Shown piece after piece: positions 37,072-51,395 of a stretch of DNA of 64,000 bases. The position numbers and the translations under genes were made by a program. Origin of the DNA: Hydrolagus affinis. Taxonomy: Eukaryota. Below the pieces are notes generated by a model that searched no databases, was not told the DNA's origin, and was given only the letters and a program-made list of their open reading frames with translations. Each line of letters begins with the position of its first letter. The stretch's first letter is position 1. Location of the stretch: NCBI GenBank assembly GCA_012026655.1, contig JAAILG010000196.1:62001-126000 (forward strand), read 5' to 3'.

Positions 37072-38947
37072 TTTATTGATAAAACCCTGCAAAGCTTCTT
37101 TATCCACTAACTACAAATAAGCAGGATAGTCATTAACTTGCTTAGTTATGCTGGTAAAGCAAACACCAACACTGTCCAATTGTTATTCTAGAATCAACAC
37201 TTTAACCTCTGTTTACACAAGTCATGGAAAAGGCAAGGAGAAAAAAGCTAGCAGACATTTGTGATTCTAATCACCCTGGTGGGTCATTTAACTCTTCAAA
37301 ACTTGAGATCCATGCATCTCCTCTTACTTCACACTCTGGCACCATAGAACTGTTCATGATGTTTAACCATTAATCCAGCTAGAGTACAGAATTCCTTTGG
37401 TGTATGGGTGAAGTACAGGTGCTCAGATAATCGCTTTGGTCTGGAAACAGTTAAAACATACAATTTACATTTACTACAGCTTATCTACCTGGATAATTAT
37501 TAATGATTTCAATTGTTTAGCTCTAAAAATTGGGAGGCTTACTAGTTGCAAAATAAAAGTACAATACCTTGAAGTATTCACAAAAGAATGAATGTCTATA
37601 ATATACTGCACAAATGGCTGTTGAAATATGTGTAAAGCATACGTATTTATTGTCCTGTCAGTTACTTTGACTACACTTTTCTAGCAATGTACTTTGTAAA
37701 CTACCAATTCTTTTAGTGTAGAACAGGTGGATGGAAAAACTTGTGACTGCAAAATTCCAGTTATAATAGAAGGTACATCCTCCCAACAGCAACATTTATA
37801 GGATTGGAAAAGACCACTAGTCAAGACTATCTGACCCAAGGTGAAAAAATTCCTACAAATACACTGGATCCACATTTTAATCGATTTCTTCACCAAATAG
37901 CTATTGAATTCGCACTTCAACCTGCTGACACAAAGTGCCTGCTTGGACAGTCTATTTCACGTGTACGATGTTGTCTATAACACAAAATAATTAAATTTGA
38001 ACCTTCTATTTACTTTTCCTCATTTGGATGAGAAAGCTCCATCAACCCCTCACCCCACCCCCCACACCATACACCACTTTTTAACAGCAATTCAATCACT
38101 GTATTGTTGGGTTGGCTCAATGTAATGTACTGATGAAAGGCACCAATCTTAACTGTGCTGACAAAGGAGAGTAGCAAATGTGGACTACTAGATAAATCCA
38201 TGCAGGGAAAGAGGTAAAATATAATCAGCGCAGACCACTTTAGCTTACATCACAAATGGCTTGTCAAGCAGTTCCCATCTGCAGCAGCCAACGATATAGT
38301 TGCTTGAATGTGCATAATACAGGAAGATCTAAAAGAGCGGAAAAAACAGCATGGTGGTATTTTAATATTCTGACTGCCACAGCTGGAGATAGTGAAATTT
38401 CCATTCCTGGTCTTTAGTAGGCGTATGATCAAAAGGGAATAATTAAGGTTTAGTGCTGAAGTTTCCAGGTTATCTACAATCTGGAAAAACTATAAACCAC
38501 CATGTACATAACATGCACACAGTGGACTGAAAATGACATCATTCATTAATTTTAACGGAGTTGATTTTGGAATGACCCAGACAGAATTTATTGTAGTCAT
38601 TAAGGTCCTTTGATAGGAATCAAATTCACAGAATCAAGTTATCTGCCATAGAGAGTCCTCACCATCTGCCAATGTTTTAAAAAGCACATCAAAATTATAG
38701 AGCAGCAAAGTTGATAAAGAATACAAACTATGTAATTACTAATGAATTATGATAATCAGTTTATCTACCAATTCAGAAGTAAACTTAGTTGAACAAAGCT
38801 CTACATTCTGTTATTGTACTGTATGCATAAATGTTAAACACATAAAGTATTTATTGCAGTTAAGAGGTTACATTTTCCCCTCTATCCAAATGCTTTTTGT
38901 CTTCTAAGTTCTAGGCCTAGAATTAAAACCTTGATTATAGCTGACAT

Positions 38948-39256
38948 ATAATAACAATAATAATCCTTGCATTCGATATATCGAATGCAAGGACTTTATG
39001 GTATATTCGCTTCACAGAATATACCATAAAGTGAATTGACTGCATATATGTGGGCGAAACACGGCATCTGGTTGCGCACACCAATATCCCGAAAACAATC
39101 GTGGAATGCAGTGACTAATCTTTTATTGTTTTTTGAGAGATTATTTTCAGGCATGTGGAGTAAGGAAACTTGTCCAAGTTTTCGCCCTGCTTGGAATCGA
39201 ACCCAGGTCTCTCACTTGTAATGCGAGTGATCTAACTACTGAGCTACAGGACTCCA
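38948..39256 (-). mobile_element. tRNA-derived SINE
   Basis: The minus strand starts GGAGTCCTGTAGCTCAGTAGTTAGATCACTCGC, with B box GTTCGATTCC. The body is collinear with other copies. Confidence 0.88.
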
Positions 39257-39459
39257 CGAGTCTATAGTTTTACTGCAAATGTAGCATCTGACCTGCTGAG
39301 CTCTTATAATGGATAATATTTCAAAGGGACAGAATTGGGTTGGTTTACCTGCACACAAGTGTATTTTCAGTTTGATCAAAAATCTGCAGTCATACTCAGT
39401 CATTATTTTCAAACGTGTGATTTGCAGAGTTCGGATAGAGAGCGTGAGTACAGAAAAAG

Positions 39460-39645
39460 ATAAATTGCATTTTTATAGCACATAATGTTAAAACTTCTCG
39501 AGGTGCCTTTTGGCCACTATTGTCAAGTAAATATTTTCTTTTGGTTGGCAAATAGAGCAGTCAATTTGTGCACAGCAAGGTCCCTCAAGCAGCTAGTCAA
39601 TGAATGGCCAATTTTGACTGGTAGATCGTTGGCCAGGTTGCTGGA
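39460..39645 (-). mobile_element. degraded Deu-domain SINE fragment
   Basis: gcagtcaatttgtgcacagcaaggtccc..gttggccagg. Confidence 0.5.
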
Positions 39646-40947
39646 AGATACTTATTTGTAATTTTTAACAATATGAAGGGATGTTTAATGTGCTCCTGAA
39701 CAGTACATGGTGCTGTAGTTACAGGTTCTCTGTGTAATTTCCCCACAGGAAGCAAGTACCAGAAAAGCTAAATGGGAAAGCATCAAGTGGAAAAATGGCA
39801 TTCCATTAAATATGGGATGATAAGTGAACAGGAAAGTCAAATTATGCTGCTTTCCTGCACTTCCTAACAACTGAGTTGAGAGCACCATGGGCAGATACCC
39901 AAGAATTCTCTATCCATTTATGTAATGGTGCATAATGTAAAAAGATCAAAGGAGGCAGTTGAAAAATAAGCATTAATGAGGGCGGAAGAGAAATTAAAAG
40001 GTTTGCTGGTGGTGCTACAATTGTTAAAACAAATCTGATATGCTGCAATTGAGTTTTTCATAGTCAGATCCACAAATTGACTCCCAAGTTAAACCCGAAA
40101 GTTAGGTTAATATGAAAACCTTAGTTTCATTTCATACCCAGAGCAAAAAATATAAGGTCAATCTAGGATCAAGGATTGCAGAATTTACACCACTGCAAAG
40201 CTTTGAAATTCAATAAGGTAAGTTCCCAAACAAGGCAGCAGAACAATGACTTTAAAGCTCTTTAAACTTGGCAACCAAAAATAATGCACATTAAATAATC
40301 CCACTTGGGTCACCTCAGCCAGTTTACATTCAAGAGATGTAACATAACATTTTCTTCTAGTTTCAAAGCACAATGAAAAGATACAAACTTGCTACATCTA
40401 ATATCATGTACAGTACGTACTTCACAAAATAGTTAAGATGAAGGCCCTTCACTCCATTTGATCGCATTCTTACAGCATCAAGCTGGTTCTTTCAAGTTTC
40501 TGTCCTACTTTTTATGTCCTAGTTTTTCTCCTATAATTTACCTTATCATCCCTGAATCTATGATATCTTTAAGGACCATTTTACTGCCGCTGCTTGTCGC
40601 AGCTAACTACATCTGCCTTTGTGATTCAAGATCACATTCTCAGCTGATATCTAATGTATTCCAGTGCAATGGGTTGCCAAAAATGCAACTTTACTAATGC
40701 ACCCCAGGCTTCCTGTTTGTTACACTATTCTATTCAAATCCCATTTTTGTAGGAACAAAAAGCACAGAAATCGAAAAGGCTAAAGGCGAAAAGGCCCATC
40801 GAGCATAGTCCATTCACAGATTACGTACAAAATGCTCTTTCAATCACTCTACTCAATTTAATTCTACTGAACTCAACTTGAAGGTAGGTTCTGCAAGCAT
40901 TCTTTCCCTGGGTACAATTGAACACCACCCCAAAACTTTACATTTAA

Positions 40948-41232
40948 ATAATAATCCTTGCATTTTGATATCGTACTTTTCACGTCTTCTAGACATCTCA
41001 AAGCACTTCACAGAATATACTGTAAAGTGAATTGACTATATTTGCGGGCGAAACGTGGCAGCCAATTATGCACAGCAGTGTCCCAGAAATAGTCGTAGAT
41101 TGAAATGACCAATTTATTATAGTTTTTTAAAAATGGATTATTATTAGTTGTGTGGAATAAGGAAACTTGCTCTGACCTGCCTCGATTCATAACATAGGTC
41201 TCATGATTGTAAGGCGAGTGCTCTAACCACTG
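40948..41232 (-). mobile_element. tRNA-derived SINE
   Basis: taataatccttgcatt...gcagccaattatgcacagcagtgtccc...aggcgagtgctctaaccactga. Confidence 0.9.
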
Positions 41233-42887
41233 AACAAATTTGGTATTTTTACTAGTTCCCTTTACTAGGAGTAAAATTAGCCATTGTTAAATATAATGTC
41301 TTTGATGACACACACTAAAAAATGGATTTCCTCATTATAAATGCACATCAACATTTATAACATTCTACCACAAACCAACAAGTTCAATTTCTCCCCTGGT
41401 ACTCCCATGGCCACATGCCCAAAACAATCATGCTCCACATAGCATTCAATTAACTTCATCTGTACACATCCTTATAACCATCCAGCCTTGTCCTAATCAG
41501 ATATTCATCCAGCTTTTGGGGAAAAAAATGTGTTCAGCAACAGAGCATGAAGGGATTTATGTGGGAGTGTATTCCAAGTATCCAGAGAAGGGGGTGAATT
41601 ACTTCTAATCTAGTTTTGTTTGAGGCTTGTGAATGTTCCATAGAGGTCTTCTAGTTCTCTGTTCCACTTCCAAGTTATATAATCTGCTTAAGTTCACATT
41701 ACCTGTTCTCTTACCAAACCAAATGCATTCATAACTTTAGTCAAGTATAAACTCTAACCTAATATCTACTGTCAATATTCTCAAGAGTATAACACCACAC
41801 TGAGCAATCAATAGTGGGAGAACCCCACCCATATACAGTACTGTAATTGGTTATTGTTTTCCTTCTTGATTTTGAAATAAATTGAATGTTTATGCTAATG
41901 GTAGTACTGCCCATTCTGTACTGAATGCTATTTGCAGCCTGAATCCTTTTTTAGGTTGTGTTTGGCAAGTGATACCACTTCACAATTCCCCCCAAAGATA
42001 GTCAATCACCATGCTATGTATACTACAACTTAACATTGACTCAACAACATTTCCCATTCCATGAAGTTAATGCTGAAAGTGCATTATAAATCCAAATTAA
42101 CAGCACCAGTTAAAATATGAATCCAGTTGTGCTATTGCCCTAATTCCAACAAACTTTTGAACTTGAAAAATTTGAAGTATTTGGGTGGTCCACAAGATGG
42201 TTTAATCTCTTATGGTTTAATCTTATTACAGCTACTCGGATTCCCAACTTTTTATTAACTGGGAGGAAAAAAATTACATGTTAGGGAGTGTTCTCTGCTG
42301 GTGTCATTTGTTGTGCATGCACAGAGCTCCCCTCAGCTTCCAGCAAGAGCATTTCAGATTAAGAGTTCAATAACATCAGGTTCTAAATCAAATTCCTCTG
42401 ACAGCATCACTTTCAGCAGAATGAAAACGAAAGATCCTCATCCAACTAGACTACATATATTCTTTGACATATAAATGCACACTTACCAAGCAAAATTCAA
42501 AACCTAGAATAAATAATAGCAATCAGTACCTTCCTAGAAAATAAATTTTAGTTCAGTAGAAACATAATAGAAACTGGTAATGTAAGGAACAGCTCCACTC
42601 AAACTCCAAGAAAAACAGAAATATTTTCAAAGTTAAAAACGATGCTATTCATGCAATAAAAAGCAACTTAGCATGACCTGCTACACTACAATGTACCATT
42701 TTAACTTATGCCACAATAAAATTACACAGTATTACAATAATACTATTCATTTCGTTTCAATCCTTTCAAATCCCATAACAAGCTTGGACCTTAAGGTTAG
42801 AAAGTAGAGCAGATTTCTTTCTTTAACTAAGCATGGAGAATGTATAGCATTCCTTTGATCCAGCTTTCAAACAAAACGTTTGGAGAG

Positions 42888-42942
42888 TTGGGGGAGGGAA
42901 GGGGGGGGGGAAGGGGGGGGGGCGGGAGAAGGGAGGGAGGGC
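42888..42942 (+). repeat. G-rich polypurine tract
   Basis: Multiple G runs of 3-10 nt read directly. Confidence 0.85.
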
Positions 42943-44011
42943 AGTGATTGCTAATCATTCCACTTCCATAATTTAAAATGTAACTATTTTACAGTTATGA
43001 CTTGATCATTTCCCCAGCCAACTGAATAGAGAAACATTCAACCTTAAACAAACAATTTTTTTTCCAAAGGAAGGGAAAATCATTTCAGAGCAAGACAGAA
43101 AACCATAGATTAGGTCTGTTTAATCCAAACAGAGATTAGGCCACAGTATGGACACTGGTGGACACCATATAGAACAGAATGAATGTTGAGAAATCAGACA
43201 TCTTGTCTCCATCCCAGATGTTATTCTTCAGATCGCTTGTTCCATCCCCCTATTCTGTTACTGAATGAGAATCTGATTCTTGCTGAACCTTAGTTGTCAT
43301 CATCTTCCACAGAAATTAGATACCTTTAAGGTTCAAGTATTTAAATAACACTAAATATTGCGATGTGTAAGAGTATACAGTGAGTTTGAAGACTTGTACA
43401 GGAACAGCAACAAAGGAATTATTCCAAAGGGCAATTTAAATCAAAAAACATTCTGCTGAACTAATTTGATAAGTCAGAATTTAAGTTATCATACTAAATC
43501 AAATACAACTTCAAGTAAACCTCAGGAGTCATTTGATACTTCCTCAAAATGTCTAAAGTCATTTATCATTGATTATTACTATTCAATGTAAAGACCATCT
43601 TCAGCTTTTGACAAGTTAGAAATTCTTTACTTTCATATAAAAGGTGAGTTTCTACTTGTGCTGTATAGAGGTTAGATAATTGCTAACGCGGAAGCCTAGT
43701 CTTTATTCTCAACAGATATGCTCATTGATTTGCCTCCTAAATTACTTGTGTCTCATTTTAAAATAAAAGTCCTAAAAACCACAATCTGCAGAGTGTATTC
43801 ACAAGTCTGGAAATCACTACACCTGTCTACCATGTTAACTGCAATTATCCAGCTGTATTTTTGTTCATGTGGAAACCTCCACTTGCCTGGGTTCCCTGGG
43901 GCTGAGTTTTTTTTCACATCTAAGGGGGTTAAAAAGGACTTTAAAAGGACTAAGAGTTCCTCCAGAAACTTCTGCCTGACCTGCTGAGTGTTCCCAGCCA
44001 TTTTATTTCAT

Positions 44012-44311
44012 GGGAGTCCTGTAGCTCGGTGGTTAGAGCACTCGCCTCACAAGCAAGTGGGTTGAATTCCGGACAGGTCAAAACATTGGGCAAGTTTCCT
44101 TACTCCACATGCCTGATAATAATCCCTCAATAAAAATAATAAATTAGTCATTTAAATCCACGACTATTTGTGGGACACTGCTGAATGCAATTGGCTGCTG
44201 CGTTTCAGCCACAAATATAGTCAATCCACTTTACAGCATATTCTGTGAAGCGCTTTGAGACATCTAGAAGACGTGAAAAGTGCTATATCAAATGCAATGT
44301 TTATTATTATT
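44012..44311 (+). mobile_element. tRNA-derived SINE, full length
   Basis: GGGAGTCCTGTAGCTCGGTGGTTAGAGCACTCGC head, Deu core, stem-loop and TTA tail. Possible imperfect TSD TATTTCAT/TATTCCAT. Confidence 0.92.
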
Positions 44312-44668
44312 CCATTATTATATGAGAGGGAGGTTTCCATATTTTTTTCCTGAAGAAAGAGATATACAGTATTTGATTGAGGCCAAGAAAATTTTAATTT
44401 GCCACAAGGTAAAAAGCACTTAATAGTTAATAAACTGAAAATTAAAATAGCATCAGTGCAAAAAACAATCAATATATAAACTAAACATTAAATGCAGTAA
44501 AACATTTGGGGATAATTAAAATATAGATTTAAAATTTTAAAATGATTTCATACTATGACATTCATGCTAACTGTAGTAATATGCATCGCATTAAGCTTTC
44601 AGAGTTGTTTATTCAATTTTCACGTTCCTGTGAATCCTGTGCAATTTGTTCAGTTCTTATATACTGTA

Positions 44669-45057
44669 CAGGTAAACCCCGATTAACGTTGCCTCTGTTA
44701 ATGTTCTTTCGTTATTACGTTGCTGATACATTGGGAACATATATTCATTTAACACTGCGACGTTCACTGTTACATCGTTTGCCAATGGATGGACAGGGGG
44801 CACGGTGGCACTAGGGCCTGCCCATCAAGAGAGTGATGGGCAGGCTGGGAGTGAGCCAGGCCGGCAGCGAGAGTGATTGAGTCCAGCCAGCCTGCAGTGA
44901 ATGAGTTGAGCCTGGCAAGAAAATTTTTACGAAAAATGTCCCAAAAAACCAAACTAGTTTTTACATTGATTCTTAGGGAAAAATGTATTCGCTTAACGTC
45001 GTTTCACTTAGTCGCACTTTTCAAGAACCAAACAACGACATTAAGCGGGTTTACCTG
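44669..45057. mobile_element. Tc1/pogo (Tigger-like) MITE, 389 bp
   Basis: TIRs CAGGTAAACCCCGATTAACG / CATTAAGCGGGTTTACCTG with TA dinucleotide TSDs on both sides. Confidence 0.88.
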
Positions 45058-45182
45058 TACAGCAGACGGATATGAATATTTTTTGTACCATCATATGATT
45101 CCAGTTAAGATATTCTCCAAAACAGATTCGGCAGAAATTGTAAAATGATATACAAGATCATTACGATTCAATAACAAATTGT

Positions 45183-45450
45183 GCGTCAGCCTGGTTCATT
45201 GGTAACATTCTCACGTCGGATTCAGAAGATTGATGGTTCGAGCCCCTAAGCTGACACTCCAATGCAGTGCTGGGTATGTATTATGTTGCTGGAGGTGCAA
45301 ACGGGTCATCTTTCGGATGAGACGTTAAACTGAGCTCCTGTCTGTTCAAGTGGATGTTAAAGATACTATGGCACTATTCGAAAACAGAGTTTCACCCGGT
45401 GTCCTGGCCAATATATCCCTGTTTTGTGGGAAATTGCTGTGCACAAATTA
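45183..45450 (+). mobile_element. older Deu-domain SINE (SacSINE1-like)
   Basis: tRNA-like head (tggtaacattctc..tcagaag..ggttcgagccc), then gctgacactccaatgcagt, tctttcggatgagacgttaaac, ggcactattcgaa and ccggtgtcctggccaatat. Confidence 0.8.
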
Positions 45451-48242
45451 CTATTTGAATACTATTCACTTCATGATCTGATGTAGAATTACAATATTGG
45501 TTTTGATTTATAGCAGAAGAAGCTGGATATATTTCCTTATCTCCAGTAAAAGAAAGCCAAAACATTAAATCATTCCTTGTGTGACAGTAAGTTTAGCTGC
45601 AGACTAGATTTTGAATGCAGATTAGTAAAGACCTAACTATATTTTAACCTATAAGAAGCCCTTTAGGTTAATCAAGCAAATTGATGTTTTAATGAAAGCT
45701 TTCAGACCAATTAAATTACCTTTCTTGGAATGAATTATATGTCTTCTAGTTTAAGATTACCTGGGTATGGTACATTTTCTACAATTAATTCTTCAATCGA
45801 GATCCATGAATTTTATCCATAAATTAGATTCCAATACCATGCAGAATGCAAAAGTCACCTTATTACCCATGATGAACTATAATTTTTTTTGCTAAATCAC
45901 AGTTCTTCATTTCTGTACATCTGATACACTTTTGTACAACTCATCAGTCCACTTCATTTTGCAGGTTAAGAGACCAAGGTTGAACAAGGTGATCTTTGTA
46001 ATCATCATAAATATATTGGAGTACTATGCACAAGAACATTGATTTACAGCATATTTTCTATTTCTATTTCTGTTTACCATAGACATTTGTAATGGGATAG
46101 TGGTATCAAGTGCTAGTCACATTCCTACAGTCAATCAATGGATATTAAAAAAAAGCATTAGATTTCAATTTGGCAATGACACTTTCGCAGTGCAGTGTTA
46201 CAAGGATATTGAAGAATTGTCTTTGAAGTTTAGGCCTTCCCATCTTCTATTGTATAGCTGACAGCCAGGAGATGTACACAGCTCTCAGGTGACCCTACCT
46301 TCCAAATTTCTTTCCATCCTTGTGTGAAGGAGTCTTTCTTTAGGGTGTGCTTTCCCTTGGAAAAGTACACGTGTTGCAAAGCTATGGTCCTACATTATAA
46401 CTCTACAGTGTTATTAGCATTAAAATAACACACAATCTGAGGACTACAGCATTTTTCACACCAGATTTTAAGTTTTTGCAAAACTGCTGATAGAAGCAAA
46501 TCACTAATTGGATGGTATTCAGTCCCAATACCCCAGGACTCAGGAGTAAGACAGCTGAATAAAACAAGATCATACTTATAGATCAATGAGCGCATTCTGA
46601 CTGTGTCAGGACTCCCGGATTTGAAAAATTACCATTAAGCAAGATGTTCACAAGTACAGTCTTATCAATCTGTACAGAAAAACCTGGGTACCTTTTAATT
46701 CTTCGCGACGCTGAATACGATTAAATTAATTACAATAGCGCAATTAATCAGCTTGAACACTGTAGAAAAATGTGGTAATATTACTATCTATGCATCAGTT
46801 AAATCAATTACGATACTACAGTATAATAAATGTGTAATTTTGCTTTAGTCCTGGCCTGTTGTTTATAAAGTTCCAGAAATATTGTTTATATCTTAATATT
46901 GCATTTGAAAATTGGACAAACTTTTATATAACAAATTATTTAAACACCTATAATATACAGCTACAATATATCATTGTGTTCTAGTTTATTGTTTCTTGAA
47001 ATCTCTCGCATGTGATAACAGTATTTAGGTTTTAGTTCCTACAGGGTTTCCTTTATGAGCTCCCTTTAGGTTTGAATGATTTCCTGATTTAGCAGTACTT
47101 GAAGCATCTCTTCCAGGTATTATCCCAACGGAAGGAATCCTGCACTTTTGTGACACATAGCCACATACTGCAAATGTCTTTCTTCAAGGACCCATAATCT
47201 GTTTTCTTAAAGCAAAGAAAATCTATTACCTTTCAATATACAGGTATAAATAATGTGAATTGAGTAGAAGGAGAAACTTCCATTTGATATACAGTAATGT
47301 AATTATACTAAATGTGTAAGGCCAATTAATGAAAAGATTAACCAAAACAGAATTCTCTGATTTATGTCAGATAGCACTGATTACATTTTAAACTGATACT
47401 TTTTTTATTATATGAATACTAAAGCCAAAGTTAATCAATATTTTGAAGTACAGTATATTACATTGATAGCAATGACAATCAGATAAAATCTTTTGTCAAT
47501 TATTTCCCTACTATGTACTGTATTTTGAATAATTTACTGTCATGGAGTATTTAATTTTGAAAGCCACGAGTTGTTTGAAACTGATGAGAAAATAAGGGAC
47601 TGAGTAACAAATTTTAATGGTCCATCTGTTTCCGATTCTCACAATACATTTCTTAGTCTTTTCTCGCTTGTACAGCATTACTTAGCATCACAAAGCACAA
47701 AACTTTAGGGAGTACTGAGTGTCCATTTTATTTGGTGCAATATAAAGACATTTTCTGTACGCCTATATAATGTGAAGAAAACACAGGGATCTATTGATCT
47801 ATTTTGAACTACAGCGACTGGATAGCTTCCTGTTCTTGGCAGCAATCAAAGCTGAATCCCTTCAGTGATTCACAGCTATGCACTCAAAACCCACTTATCT
47901 TACAAAGAGGCTTAAAAAGAATGTAATTGGAAATGAACACAATTAAAATATTCACAGATGATTTGCTTTCATATATTTTTGGGGACAAAACTCAAGATAT
48001 TAATGCGAACCAATTCATGTGTAGCTCATATACCATACAATACAATATTTCAATACATAAAACAGAAAGTCAAGTAAAGCCCCTCTACTCCTACAGACGG
48101 CCTTTTTTGTGATTTTAAGCAGTCTTGAGTATAGAAAATAAAGTACCTTTAAGAATAAGGAAAAATAATCTCAACTTCCAACAAAAATATTTTAATTATT
48201 TTTAAAGTGCAGCTGTGATCAGTTTTCTGCATACCTCTGATA

Positions 48243-48660
48243 TACATTAGAAGCCCGTTTATCTGTGACTCGATGAACCGGCACTTCCGTATAACCGGCA
48301 CACCAAAAAAAAAGTCCCCATTCGATAAACCGGAACTCATCCGGAATAATAGCGGTGGAGCATTTGTAAATGCATAAATAATAACATAATATTGTATTCT
48401 CTTGCGCTTCTCACCTTTACTGGTAGATGCTGCACTTGAAGCCGTGATGCTGCTGTTGAGGTTTCTAGTCCAGTGATTCTTTTTAAAATGGAGGACGCCA
48501 AGCAAGTGAAAAAACGGCAGCGCGACTTGAAAGCCTTACTAGCGGCAAGCCGATAACCCTAGCCGATAACCCACATTGTTGCACAGGTACAGTATTTCGG
48601 TTTGCCGCTAGTAGAGTCTAGGGTTATCGGTTTGCCGCTAGTAGAGTCTAGGGTTATCAG
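48243..48660. mobile_element. Tigger-like DNA transposon fragment with internal direct and inverted repeats
   Basis: The left end TA|CATTAGAAGCCCGTTTATC resembles the TIR at 33045. The interior is CpG-rich, and the right TIR was not found. Confidence 0.55.
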
Positions 48661-50175
48661 CATTTTTGTGCTGTGGACTAATGCCCACCAGGAACTTGAC
48701 TGAGACATCCCAAAGTTATTTGCGTACAACAACTACAGCCAGCAAACAAAGGAGACTTTCATCCCATTAGTCTAGCCTGGATTTAAACTCAGTCTGAGGA
48801 GAAAATATAAATGGTATAGTTTCCGATGTGCCAAATTGCTCCACTGACAGAAAATCATTAGCAATAATAGTGAAAGCAAAGTAATAAACTTGAAAATTTA
48901 AGAATTATGCATATTAGAATCAATGTCATTATGTTGGGAGTAATTACACTACAGGAAGGAATTTTCTATAGCCCAAATCATTATATCAAAACAAATGTTC
49001 CCTTTTTCAAAGTGAAAACTAGCACACAAGGAAACAGCAAAACATAGAACCTCAAAAAATAAATGCCCCAATTGAGCAAATGAAATTATTTACTGTTACT
49101 TACAGGGTATTTCAGGGCAGTACACCACAAACATACAATACCATCTCTCAAATAAATAAAGAATACAATTCTGGTTGTCCAAAGATCAATCTACCGTGGA
49201 CAACACTGAGAACATTAACAACATCAGCACTGCAGAGTTCCCTTCAATAAACCATAAAGTGTGGGAGCACACCTTATCTAGCACATATTCTACAACACTA
49301 AATTTCAGAACCATTCTCTAAATACTCTACTGTAAATGCCATCGCAACAAGGTCTCTAGCTCCCTGCATATAATTATGTTGTTGTGTCATAATTACACTA
49401 GCATAATTACACTTACCAAAAAAATCCGTATTTTCCAGGAGTAACCAATCCCCCATCAGTTTTTTTTAAGATGACTGTTAATATTGTCAGAATAAACTGT
49501 CACTATTAGACTTTGTGAAGTAAGCTTTCCTATCAAGTCTGAGTTGCCTTTTTTAAATATTCTGTTATCATCAGACTAGATAGAGCACTTACTCAGTACT
49601 TGAGTCTAGACCATACATGAAAATTCTATTTTATAGATGTTTTTATTTGAATCAAAATATAGTTTCCGAGATTTTGTTCACTAGGAAACACTATGACAGC
49701 ACCGCCAAATAGTCAAAAGGTAATGTTTATTTTATAAAATAACAAATTATATGACATTGTGCAGGAATAATCAGAACAATCTCCTAACCTTATGTGAACT
49801 GTTATAAAAATATCCTGCATACTTGGGATTATTCATCAATAAATGTAAAAGCACAAAAATGTTTGAATAATGTACTGTATACAACTTAAAATATGAAACT
49901 TAAATATTGAGTTATGCAATATATTTACTTTCATTACTTCCCCTTCTGAAACCATCAACTCATGCTCGTCTTTCAATACCTCATTTCACATCTAAACCTA
50001 AACAATAAGTGTCAGCGGATTATTTGACCATGAGAGATATCACAGCCAAGAACAATCTTGCTCTCACATTTCAACAAGGGCAAAGGGGAGTTTGAAAGCA
50101 TTTTGAAAATCTTGGCAGGATTTCTCTCCCTCCTCATCCAATCGTCTAGGACACTGAGGCTAATCACAGCATCTC

Positions 50176-50315
50176 TAATAATAATAATCCTTGCCTTTAA
50201 TATAGCACCTTATCACATCATTGAAGGGTCTCAAAGAGTTTTCCAGCATTTTATGGTAAAATGCAGTTACCATGTACTGTTTAGATGAACACATCAGCCA
50301 ATTTGTGCACAGCTA
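50176..50315 (-). mobile_element. degraded SINE 3' fragment
   Basis: taataataatccttgc..atatagcacc..gtctcaaag..cagccaatttgtgcacagc. Confidence 0.7.
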
Positions 50316-51220
50316 CTACTGTTACGGTGATAGAAATAAAACAAATGTAAACCTTTCAAGGAAGAACTGTTGTTTGGATTCAAAATCTAAAAATAGTTTC
50401 CATAATGAAGCATTGAAGCCAATGAAGTTCCATCCATCATTTTCCATGTCTAATTAAGTGGAAATGAAATCTGTTAATCAGGAACATAGTTAGACTTTAG
50501 CTGAACTCTTAATGGTGACAAAGGCCTACACAGTTCCTACCTAGCAGAGACAAAAAGATCCTTTTATAAATTACACATCTTGCAAAATTTGCTGCAAACC
50601 ACCAAATAAAAGGCCAATTTACTCCTGCAGTTCAATTTTCAGTATTTTGCCATTTTATAAAAACATTTGCAAATCACCAACCGTTAATTTTAAGCACAAC
50701 TTTTAAAACTTTAAAGAAAAGAAATTCCTACATATCAAATTGTAAATGCAGAGGAAATAACTAATCACATGCTACAGTCCAGGGGGTATTTTTAATGCCA
50801 TTATCATTATGTCATTGCTGAAGTAAAAAACATAAATGCTTCTTCGCATTTTGTGACATTAAACACAAAAGCCCTATATTCAGATTGTCAGTGATTTTGG
50901 TATCCATTACTAACCAAAAAATACTTCACATATGGTGGTTAGTGTATTTTCTTTCTGTAAATTTTCCCCAATCTGCTGAACGTGCTGACTTGCTGGGTTG
51001 TATTTCCACATGTACTTCCAAAACTCAGTTACCATATGCATGTACAGTCACTGTTTTTAATGAGGAAACCCAGACGGTGCGTGGTGTGAGCAAACAGCGA
51101 GTTCAACTCAAACACTGATTTTCTTTCCCTAGTCCAACTCAGTTTAGTGAGGCTAACTGTATTAAGACACTATCTTAACTGGCAGCAACAGCCATTACCA
51201 TAGTAGAAGAATGAATTACT

Positions 51221-51395
51221 TAATAATAATAATAATCCTTGCATTTGATGTAGCGCCTTATCATATCATTCAGACGTCTCAAAGCACTTCACAGAATATG
51301 CTGTAAAGTGAACTGATTGCATATCTTGTGGGTGAAATGTGGCAGCCAATTGCCCACGGAAGCATCCCATGAACAGCCATGGATTGAGTGACCAA
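51221..51395 (-). mobile_element. SINE 3' half
   Basis: taataataatccttgcatttgat..gacgtctcaaagcacttcacagaat..ggcagccaattgc. Confidence 0.85.
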
